DNA of 64,000 nucleotides from Mobula hypostoma. Taxonomy: Eukaryota. This document shows, piece after piece, positions 48,301-60,400 of this stretch (the stretch's first letter is position 1; each line of letters begins with the position of its first letter). The DNA is taken from contig NC_086108.1 in assembly GCF_963921235.1 (NCBI RefSeq), positions 113,028,001-113,092,000 of the forward strand, written 5' to 3'. The translations under genes were made by a program, and so were the position numbers. The notes under the pieces are model-generated. The model ran no database searches. It was given only the letters and a program-made list of their open reading frames with translations, and was not told the origin of the DNA.

Positions 48301-51300
48301 AAATATAAAGCAACACACATAAAAATTGCTGGTGAGCCAGCAACTTTTATGTGTGTTGCTTGAAATTCCAGCATCTGCAGATTTCCTCGTGTTTACGTTA
48401 AAAAATATAAAGATCTATTTAAAATTAACTTTTTTACATTTAATAGACCATGTTAAACAATTGTTTACTAAATGGTCCCCACTGTCCTTATCATTGCTTG
48501 GTCTAATTAACGTTATTAAAATAACTGTTTTACCTAAATTTCTGTATTTATTTCAAATGGTACCAATTTTTATCTCTAAACCCTTTTTTGATATTATTGA
48601 TTCTAAAATTTCTTCATAAATATGGCAGAATAAAAATCCTAGATTGAGTAAGAAATATCTACAGAAATCTAAAAAGGATGGTGGTTTAGCATTACCGAAT
48701 TTTAAATTTTATTATTGGGTAATTAGTATCCGATATTTAATGTTTTGGACGCAAGATTGGGATGAAATTCATTGTCCACGATGGGCGAACCTGGAGGGTG
48801 AGCCTGTGCAGGGGGTTCTCATTAGCTTCTATTTGAGGAGCTTCCCTCCCCTTTGCATTAACCAAACTGAATAAACAAATAATTAATCCAATAATTAAAC
48901 ATACAATACGAATATGGTTTCAATTTTGCAAATTTTTGGGATTGAACGAATTTATCTAGTCCCAATATATCTAATTTTTTTTTCAACCTTCTAGAATTGA
49001 TCAAGGTTTTTCCTTATGGAAAACGAGGGGAATAACATGCTTTCATGATTTATCCATGGATAATTGTTTCATGTCGTTTGAACAATTATTTAATAAATAT
49101 AAGTTGCGTAGTTCACATTTTTTCAGATATCTGCAGATTAGGAGTTTTTTGAATGTTATTTTACCTAATTTTCCAACATTTCATCCAACTAATAATTACA
49201 GAAAAAAATTTAGGTTTAAATCCCTATCAGAAGCACTTAATAGCAGTTGTGTATGATTTAATAACGAAAATACATCTAGGTACATCTGATAAAATAAAAA
49301 ATGAATGGGAAAGAGAACTTCAGGGATCTTTACCTATAGAGAAATGGAAGAAAATTCTTCAACTAGTTAATACTTCCTCAATACATTGATACAATTTAAA
49401 ATAGTTCATAGGGCTCATATGTCTAAGGATAAATTAGCTCGTTTTTACCGACATATAAATCCTGTGTGTGACAGACGTAATTCTGAGGTGGCCTCTCTGA
49501 CACATATGTTTTGGTCTTGCCCTCTTTTAGGTAAATATTGGAAAGATATTTTTGATTTTATTTCAACAGTTTTGCATATTAATTTAAAACCTCACCCTAT
49601 TACTGCAATTTTTGGATTACCAGTGACAGATGTTGGTCATTTATCCTTTTCAGCTGGCCGTCTGATTGCATTTGTTACACTAATAGCTAAAAGATCCATC
49701 CTACTTGAATGGAAAGATTCTGATCCCCCTACTAATTTTCAATGGTTTTCTCAAACTATATTATGTTTAAACCTGGAAAAAATTAGGTGTGGTATGGTTG
49801 ATTCTTCAGTTAAATTTGAAGAAACCTGGAGACTGTTTATACAACATTTTCATATGATGTAAGCTGTCCCTTTCAGAACCTCCTTTTTTAAAATATTTTT
49901 TTGTTTATCTATGGAGGAGCGGAGTTAATGACAAATAATGTTCTTATCCGAGGGAATAGGACAGACCAGTATTTGTTTTGTTTTGTTTTTAGTTTAGGGC
50001 GTTCTTTATAAAACTCCTTTTCATGCTCAATTACTCAGAGATTGGGAGGCTTGAATTATATATTTTACTCGAATTATGTTTGTACATGTTAACTATTATC
50101 AATGTTATAATGATCTCTTTGTATCATTAATATTGTTATGTATATTAATCTGAAATTTAATAAAAAGATTGAAAAAGAAAGAAAGTAAAGAGGAGGGCTT
50201 TGTAGAAAAGAAGGATTAGATTGACCTTAGAGTAGGTTAAAAGGCCAGCACAAAATCATGGGCTGAAGGCTCTGTACTGTGCTGTAATGTTCTATGATCT
50301 AATAACACTATGAGAGGTTGTTTACACATAGGGGTGTCCATAAGCTGGGCATTTGTAAGCTAGTATAGGCAGGTAGTGATAAACCTGTGCTGTTCTATAC
50401 CTCAAGCCTGACTCTATCAGTCCTTCAGTATCCCCCAGGTTCAGGAACAGCTATTACCCCTCAGCCATCAGGAACGAGATAAGGAGCCTGATGACCCACA
50501 CCACCAGGTTCAGGAACAGTTATTACCCCTCAACCATCAGGAAGGAGGTACGGGAACCTCAAGACCCACATCACCAGGTTCAGGAACAGTTATTAACCCT
50601 CAACCATCAGGAAGGAGGTACGGGAGCCTCAGGACCCACATCACCAGGTTCAGGAACAGTTATTACCCCTCAACCATCAGGAAGGAGGTACGGGAGCCTC
50701 AGGACACACATCACCAGGTTCAGGAACAGTTATTACCCCTCAACCATCAGGAAGGAGGTACGGGAGCCTCAGGACCCACATCACCAGGTTCAGGAACAGT
50801 TATTACCCCTCAACCATCAGGAAGGAGGTACAGGAGCCTCAGGACCCTCATCACCAGGTTCAGGAACAGTTATTACCCCTCATCCATCAAGCTCCTGAAC
50901 CAGAGAGGATAACTTCACCCATCACAGCATTGAACTTATTCCACAACCTACAGACTCAATTTCAAGAAATCTACAACTTATGTTCGCAGTATTATTCATG
51001 TGTGTATATATACACGCACGTACATATATACACATACACACACACACACATATATATATACATATATACATATACATACATATATATATATATATATATT
51101 TAATTTTATTTGCACATTGTTGGGCATTTTTCATTTCTGCATATCTTCACACATTCCATTGTATTCCCTCATTTTCCCGTGAATGACTGCAAGAAAATGA
51201 ATCTCAATTCAGGATACAGTGACACATATGTACTTTGAAAATAAATGTTCTTTGAATTTGACTTTGGGATGGGTAGATTGTGGAAGTGTAATGAAATCCA

Positions 51301-54300
51301 GGCATCCAGGGACTGGCTGTGAAAGTGGAGAGCCACAGGATATCACTGAATGAACAGACTTCCTGGATGAACACTGCACATTCCTAATATCACCAGGAAA
51401 TTGCTTTCCATTTTCTGACCACACTGTATCACTGGCCAGGACATCCCTCACTCAGAGAGCTGACATTCTGTTCCTACCTTGGCTCCACGTTCTCCTTGGT
51501 GACCAGCTTCTCCTTCCGGTCCTGGGAGTCCCTGTGTAATGAACACACCCATCTCGTTACACTGGAAAGCATTTTCTCATAATAAAGTCATAGAACCCGT
51601 CTCCTAACTCCCCAGAGTCAGTGCCCCATCTACACAGCACAAGCCAGGAGTATGATGGGACACTCGCTACTTGCTCGGATGATTCAAGATTCAAGTTTAT
51701 TTATCACGTGTACATTGGAGCATACAGTGAAACGCGTTGTTTGCATTAACAACCAACACAGTCGAGGATGTGCTGGGGGCAGTCTGCTAGTGTCAACTCA
51801 CATTCTGGCACCGACAAAGAATACCCACAAGTTCAGCAGAACAACACGGAACACAACAAACAACAAAGCAGCAAGATCAAGCTCCTTGCCTTCTTTCTAC
51901 CCACCCACATACACAGATCTTTAACCCCAAGACAGGCCTCCAGAGGATATGGACTTAGGCCACAGACAGTGGGCTTCGACCTCCCAGTCTCACAGAGATT
52001 TTGGATGAGTGCAGCGTCAAGAAACTTGACATCACTCGGGACCTGGTAGCCTGCTCGATAGGCTCCCCATTCACGACGACTCACTGACTTGTCCCACCAA
52101 TGCACAATAGTACTGTCCACACTGCTGGACAGACTGTTTAATTTTAGAATAGATACTTACTTGTTATTTTCTTAGGCAGGTTAACAATTAATTAGCCACT
52201 TATAGTTGAAGTAGTTCTTGCATGCATCTAACTCTTTAGTAAGCTTCCTAATGGTGGCATTTTATGCAAGTTCATTGTGTTCCTAGTGGTTATACAAAGT
52301 GGTTCTAGAAGCTTCTCCTGGTACTGCATTAGCTGAATAAGATCTATCTCATTGGTTGACTCCTATCTACAAATTTGAATGGAATTTTCCTTATCTATAG
52401 GTATAAAAGAGCTGCACATCAAGTATCTTAGCGTTTTGTCCCTCCATTTACTGAGTAGACTTCTATTACAGTTCGTTTCAATTTCTCAATGTTCTGTTAA
52501 CTCTTAATAAATCAATTGTGAAGCAGCAGATTTTTTGGCTCTTTCCCGACTTCTGAAAGAACCTTGGATTAAAAACAACGGGACACAACGCAGCAACTCA
52601 TCAAGACTTCTTCGACAGCACCTTCAAAACCCACTAGCTTTACCAGGGAGCACAGAACTTAAAACATGATATAGAACATAGAACATAGAACGTAAAACAG
52701 AGACATAGAACATAGAATACAGAACGGAGAACATAGAACAGACATAGAACATTGGACACAGAACACAGAAGACAGAACATAGAATCCAGAACACAGAATA
52801 CAGAATATAGAACACAGAACATAGACATGGGACACAGAACATAGAACACCGTACACAAAATATAGAACATACAAACGTAGGGCATTGAACGTAGAACACA
52901 GAACACATAAGGGAGAACACAGAACATTCAACATTACAGCATAGAAACATTGAAACATAGAAAACCTCCAGCACAATACAGGCCATTTGGCCCACAAAGT
53001 TGTGCCGAGCATGTCCTTACCTGAGAACTACCTAGGCTTTACCCATAGCCCTCTATTTTTCTAAGCTCCATGTAGCCATCCAGGAGTCTCTTAAAAGACC
53101 CTATCATATCCGCCTCCACCACCGTCGCCAGCAGTCCATTCCACACACTCACCACTCTCTGTGAAAAAAAGTTACCCCTGACATCTCCTTCCAAGCACCT
53201 TAAAACTGTGTCCTCTCATGCTAGCTATTTCAGCCCTGGGAAAAAGCCTCTGACTATCCACACGATCAATGCCTCTCATCTTGTATACCTCAAAGAGCAT
53301 AGTACAGGCTCTTCAGCCTTGATGTTGTGCCAGCCTTTTAACTACTCTTTGTGTTTAAAAATAAACCTACCTCTGGCAATGCACCCCCCCCATCCTCCAA
53401 TCCTCCTGCTTGTCTCTGGCTGTGCACTCTGGTCATCTCTATCAAGTTAAAGTATAAGCACAGCTGATGGAAACACTAAAATACATAAAGCTTTACCTCA
53501 GGACCAATTTCTCCAACAGGTCCAACTTCACCATTCTGTCCTCGAGGCCCCTGCACAGAAAAAACATTGGTCAAAGAGACGTATTTGAAAATGCGAGTAA
53601 TCAGTTTTGTTAAAAGGAGCAAAGTCTAATCCTTTACTGATGAGTAGATTGGTAAGCACAAAAGATTCTGCAGAAGCTGGAAATCCAGAGCAACACACAC
53701 AAAATGTGGAGGAACTCAGCAGGCCAGGCAGCATCTATGGAAATAAACAAACAGTCGACATTTCGGCTGCGACCCTTGATCAGGACTGGAAAGGAAGGGG
53801 GAAGAAGCCGGAATAAGGAGGTCTGGCGAGGGGAGGGAGGACAAGCTGGAAGGTGATAGGTAGAGCCAGGTGGCTGTGGGAGGGGGTAAGGAAGTAACAA
53901 GCTGGAAGGTGATAGGTAGAGCCAGGTGGCTGTGGGAGGGGGTAAGGAAGTAACAAGCTGGGAGGTGATAGGTTGAAAAGGTAAATGGCTTGAAAAGGGG
54001 AATCTGATAGGAGAGGAGAGTGGACCGTGGGAGAAAGGGAAGGAGAAGAGCATCAGGAGGAGGTGATAGGCAGGTAAGGAGATGAGGAGTGGTGAGAGGG
54101 GAGCCAGGGTGGGAGATGGACGATGAGGGAAAGGGGGGAGGGAAAGTTACTGGAAGTTTGAGAAGTGGATGTTCATGCCATCAGGTTGGAGGCTATCCAG
54201 TTGTAATGTGAGGTGTTGCTCCTTCGAGTTGAGAGTGGCCTCGTCGTGGCATTAGAGGAGGCCATGAACAAACTTGTTGGAATAGGAATGGGAATAAAAA

Positions 54301-57040
54301 TTTAAATGATCAGCCACTGGGAAATCTTGCATTTTGCAGGTGGAGTGAGGCTGCTTGGAAGGTGAGTTGATTATTGTCACATGTCATATTGTGAAATACT
54401 GGTCTTCCATAAAAGATCAGATCATTACATAATGCATTGAAGTAGAACCAGATAAAACAATAACAGAATGCAGAATAAAGTGTTACAGGTACAGAGAAAG
54501 GAATGGTGATACATTTTTAAGTTAGGATGATGTGAGACTGGGAGGGAACCTGTGGGTGCTGGTGTTCCCCTGCACCCTCTGACCACGTCTCTGATTAAAG
54601 GATGGGTGGGTCTGGGAGGGTCTGTGGGAGCAGTCTGGCTGAGTAACCATGGTGCATTCTGTAGACAGTGCACTCTCCAGCCATCGTGTGCTGGTGGCAG
54701 AGTGAGAGGTGTTTAGGGGGAGGTTGGAGGTGGATGACATGCTGAAAATGGGTTGTTTTATCACATTGAAACCTATCAAATAATGAAAGGCCGAGATAGA
54801 GTGGACATACAGACTATAGTGGGGGGAGTCTAAAACCAGAGCACACAACCTCAGAAGGACGTCCTTTTAGAATAGAGACGAGGAGGAGTTTCTTTAGCCA
54901 GAGGGCGGTGAATCTGTGGAATTTAATGGAGACTAAGCCACTGGGTATATTTAAGATGGAGGTTGATAGGTTCTCAGGGTGTCAAAGGTTATGGGGAGAA
55001 GGCAAGGGATTGGGGTTGAGAGGGATGATAAATCAGGCATGATAGACTGGTGGAGCAGACGCGATAGACTAATTGGCCTTATTCTGCCATTTGGTATCAT
55101 TATCCTGAATGCTGTTAAATTTCTGTGATGTTGTTGGAACCACACTCATCCAGACCGTTGGAGAGTGTCTCAATGCACTCTGGTGGCCTCATATTTTATT
55201 TTATTCACGGGCGTGGTAGGAGGGTGGAACTGTAAGTGTAGCGGGGAGCTTGTAGTACCACAGAGCTGAGTGCAGTTCCCTCTGCAGTCTGTTCTCCCCG
55301 TGACCGTGTGGGTTTCTTCTGGGTGCTCCGGTTTCCTCCCACATTCCAAAGACGTGCGGGTTAGGATTAGTGAGCTGTAGGCTTGTTGTTTTCGTGTCAG
55401 AAGTGTGGCAATACTTGTGGGCTGCCCTCAGATTGTGCTGGTCATTAGCACAAACAACACATTTCACTGAATATTTCAGTGTTTCTATGTGCATGTGACA
55501 AATAAAGCTAAACTTTAAAATCTTACAATCTCTCTCTTTGGCATGAATTAACATTTGGATTGTGTTGTGTTACCACTTCTTCTCAGAGAGGCAGGGGAAC
55601 CTCTGGAATTCCCTGTCCCAGTGGGCGTGGAGCCAGGATCAGTGAGGATGGGGAGGGAAGTTTAACGAGGAGGGAGAGGAATGTTTGACAGATCAGGGGA
55701 CTGAGGGTGAGGGGGAACTGGCACCATAATGTCTTATGGTCTCATGGAACAGGTGAAAATGAGGCCTGGGGCAGATCTGCATGGGTCACATTGAGTGGTG
55801 GGATAGGACTAATGGGCTGAGTGGCCTCCTGCTCCTATTCTCTTGTGCACTGCTGGAGAAGATTCATTGTTCTTATGGAGGGAGATAGATGTACACAGAT
55901 TCAGTGAGGCAATAGGCAGACAGGGCTAGCACAAGCAAGAAGGAATGATTGGCCTCTCCCCTCCCTCCCCTCCGTCCCCTTAAACATCCCATCACTGCAC
56001 AGAGTCACAGTAGACTGAAGGTCGACTCAACTGGTTGTCCAGGAGGTCCAATGTCTCCAGAGCTTCCCGAAGGTCCAGGCAGCCCCTGAAACAATGAAGA
56101 ATGTGGATGAATGTGGATGTGGACAGTAGAGAGAGCTCCTTATGCCGAAGATTTTGGTTAGATGTCCAATACTCTCCACCATCTTCCTAACTCAAAGAGA
56201 CATCTTTTCCCAACTGTTGACAAGACATTCTTCTCTACCTCCTCCTTTCAGACTCACCCTTTCCCGTATTGTCACTGACAACAGCAATGCTCCCTGACAT
56301 TCCCTCCCCCCCATCACGAGAATGATTCCTGGAATGAAAGGGTTAATGTACGAGGAGCATTGGATGGCTCTGGGCCTGTACTCGCTGGAGTTTAGAAGAA
56401 TGACAGGGGATCTCATTGAAACCTATTGAATATTGAAAGGCCTAGATAGAATGGACGTGGAGATAGAGAGGATGTTTCCTATAGAGGGGGAGTCAGAGTG
56501 CACAGCCTCACAAAAGAGGGACGTCCATTTAGAACAGAGATGAGGAGGAATTTATTTATCAAGAAGGTGGTGAATCTATGGAATTCATGCATGAATGGCT
56601 GTGGAGGCCAAGTCATTGGGTATATATAAGGTGGAGGTTGATAGCTTTCTGATTTATCAGGGCATCAAAAGTTATAGGGAGAAGGCAGGAAAAATTGGGG
56701 TTGAGAGGAATAATAAATCAGTCATGATGGAATAAGAAGCTGACTCAATGGGCTAAATGTATTATGGTCTCATGGTCTCTCCTATTAGAGATGTAACCGA
56801 CACCCTCTCCCCATCTCAGATGCTCCCCACTCCCTCTCTCAAACACAAAGCACGTTACCTGTCTCCAATTGAGATCTGCTCTGCCCCCTCCCTACGTATT
56901 CCATCCTATTTCAACACTAAGACTTGTTGTAGGTGACCTGTTTTGGGGTTGGAGGTCTGTCTGTGTGAGTGAGTGAGTGTGTGAGTGTGAGTGAGTGTGT
57001 GTGTGAGTGTGTGTGTGGGTGGGTGGGTGTGTGGGTGTGA

Positions 57041-57078
<38 letters not shown>

Positions 57079-57107
57079 ATGTGTGTTGTGTGTGTGTGTG
57101 TGTGCCT

Positions 57108-57152
<45 letters not shown>

Positions 57153-57207
57153 TGTGTGTGTGTGTGTGAGAGAGTGTGTGTGTTTATGTGTGTGTGTGAG
57201 AGAGTGT

Positions 57208-57248
<41 letters not shown>

Positions 57249-57272
57249 TGTGTGTGTGTGTGTGTGAGAGAG

Positions 57273-57316
<44 letters not shown>

Positions 57317-57388
57317 TGTGTGTGTGTGTGTGAGAGAGTGTGTGTGTGTGAGAGAGAGTGTGTGTGTGTGTATGTGTGTGTGTGAGAG

Positions 57389-57435
<47 letters not shown>

Positions 57436-60400
57436 GTGTGCGAGAGAGAGAGTGTGTGTGTGTGTGTGTGTGTGTGTGGGGGGGTGGGGGGGACAGTGGG
57501 GAAGGCTCATTTTGCTGTCGTTCTGTGGGTGTCATTGCTTCTGTTGATCCAGTGGACAAGCTCTGCTGGCAACGGAACATGTAGTGACATTTGTGGGCTG
57601 CCCCCAGCATACCCTTGGGTTGAGCTGATCGTCAATGCAAATGATGCATTTCACTCCATCTCTCGATGTACATGTGATATATAAATCTAAATCTGAGTCT
57701 GTATATCACAACAAATCTACAGATCTCCCACACTCCAGGGAAAAGGTCCAAAGGGGTTTCACAGGAATTATCCCAGGAATGAGCGGGTTAACAAATGAGG
57801 AGCTTTTGATGGCTCTGGGACTGTTCTTGCTGGAGTTTAGAAGAATGGAGAGGGGATCTCATTGAATCCTGTTGAATATTGAAAGGCCTAGATAGAGTGG
57901 ATGTGTGGAGGATGTTTCTATAGTTGGGGAGTCTAGAACCAGAGAGCACAGCCTCAGAACAGAAGGACTTCCATTAAGAACGGAGATGAGGAGGAATTTT
58001 TTTTTGAGCCAGAGGATGGTGAATCTGTGGAATTCATTGTATGAATGGCTGTGGAGGCCGAGTCATTGGGTATATTTAAAGTGGAGGTTGAGAGGTTCTT
58101 GTGTAGTCAGGGCAGTAAAGGCTATGGAGAGAAGATAGGAGAATGGGATTGATAATAAATAACAGGAGCATCGCAGTCTGCGCAACGCTATTGCAGTGCA
58201 GGGCATAGGAGTTCAGAGTTCAATTCCAGCATCCTCTTTAAGCAAGTTTATATGTTCTTTCCCTTGTGTGCGTGGGTTTCCCCACAGTCCACAAACATAC
58301 CTATTAGTACATTAATCAGCCATTGTAAATCATCCCATGATGAGGCTTGGGTTAAATTGGTGGGTAGCTGGCCGTGCGACTCAGAGGGCTGGAAAGGCAC
58401 ATTTCGCGCTGTATTTCTAAATAAATCAGCCGTGATAGAGTGGAAGGGCAGACTCGATGGGCCGAATGGCCTGATGCTGCTCCTAAGTCTAATGGTCTCA
58501 CAGGCCGGCTGATAGATCTGGCTGTGATAAATACATCTGAATCTGAAATCTGATCAACTGTGTGGTCCAGGTTTCCCGTATTTCCCCAGCGAAACAAAGC
58601 ACAGGAAATCAACTCAGAGGGTTGTACAGCACAGAAACAGACCCATCGGCCCAATTAAACTGTACTGACCAGGTCACCAACCTCAACCAGTCCCATCTGT
58701 CTGCATTTGACCCATATCCCTCTCAACTCCCTGCCGTCAGCGAGGAGGTCCAGGAGCTTCAGGACTCTCACCACCAGGTTCAGGGACAGTAATTACCCCT
58801 CAACCATCAGGATATTGAACCAGAGGGGATAACTTCACTCACCCCATCATTGAAATATTCCCACAATCTACAAACTCACTTTCAAGGACTCTTCATCTCA
58901 CGTTCTCCATATTTATTGCTTATTTAGTTAGTATTATTATTTTTGTACTTGCACAGTTCATTGTCTTTTGCACACTGGTTGTTTATCCGTCTTGTTGGGT
59001 GCAGTCTTTCATTGATTCTATTGTGTCTCTTGTATTTATCGTGAGTGCCCACAAACAATGAATCTCAGAGTTGTAGGTAGTGACACATATGTACTTTGAT
59101 AATAAATGTACCTTGAACTTTGTCCAGTGCAAGCCCTTTAGCCATCATGTTATTCCAACCTTTGAAGTGATACTAAAATCAATCTAACCCTTCCCTCATA
59201 CATCGCCCTCCATTTTTCTATCATCCTTGTGCCTAAGAGTTTCTTAAACACTGCTAATGTATCTGCCTCTGTCACCACCCACTCACCGCTCTGTGTAAAA
59301 ACTTACCTCTGATATCCCCTCTATATTTTCCACCAAACGCTTTAAAATTATGCCCCCTTGTATTAGCCATTTCTGCCCTGAGAAAAAGTCTCCGACTATC
59401 CACTTCGTCTAGGCCTGTTATAATCTTGTACACTCTATCAAATCACCTCCCATTCTCCTTTGCTCCAAAGAGAAAACCCCTAGCTCACTCAACCTATCCT
59501 GATAAGACACGCTCTCTAATCCAGGCAGCATCCTGGTAAATCTTCTCTGCACCCTTTCTACAGCTTCCACATCCTGCCAATAAAAAGAGGAGAAAGATGC
59601 TCACAAGAATATAAACCTCAGGGTTGTATATGGTGACATATATGTACTTCGTTAATAAATTTACCTTGAACTTTGAAAAGCCCAAAGAGACTTACCGAAG
59701 CTCCCGGCATTCCCTGTTCTCCAGGATTCCCGGCTTTGCCCTGCAATTCAGAAGATGATGCAATGTAAGGAATTTGCAGAATAAACTCTGGTTGGACTGT
59801 GGAGACCCTCTCCACCCTGAGGTAGTCACAAATCTTAGCAAAGGTGCACACTTACAATGAGTCCAATGTCACCTTGTGCTCCTGGGTCACCTCTCTGCCC
59901 CTGCAAGGCAAACAACAATTCAAAGGATCTGCCCTGTGTCCAGCACGTAATGACATTGCAAAGAAGGCCTCTGGAGAGAATCCTGGCAGGCTGCATCACA
60001 ACCTGGTATGGAAATACCATTGTCCAGGGACGAAAAAGCCTACAAAATGTGGTGGATACAGGCCAGTCCATCATAGGTAACGTCCTCCCCACCACTGAGC
60101 TCATCTACAAGGCAAGCTATTGCAGGAAAGCAGGACTCCCACCAGCCAGGCCACGCTCTCTTTTTGCTGCTACTGGGAAGGAGCCACAGGACACACTCCA
60201 CCAGGTTCAGGAACAGTTATTACCCCTCAACCACCAGGCTCCTGAACCAGCATGGGTAACTTCACTCACCTCAACAATGAACTCATTCCACAACCTTGGA
60301 CTCACTTTCAAGGACACTTCACCTCATGTGCTCAGTATGATCAATATCATGTATTACTGATTTATTATTATTATTGTTTTTTTTATTTGCTCTGTTTGTC

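Noticed and set aside
47144..49862. Active L1 ORF2
   Set aside because: 5'-truncated, multiple stops and frameshifts, YADD changed to SADD, interrupted by an insertion
57045..57684. Cys/Val- and His/Thr-rich ORFs
   Set aside because: Microsatellite translation
5775..59900. Three RGD motifs (QRGDP, ERGDS, PRGDR) as special integrin sites
   Set aside because: RGD is frequent by chance in Gly-X-Y sequence and usually cryptic in native helices
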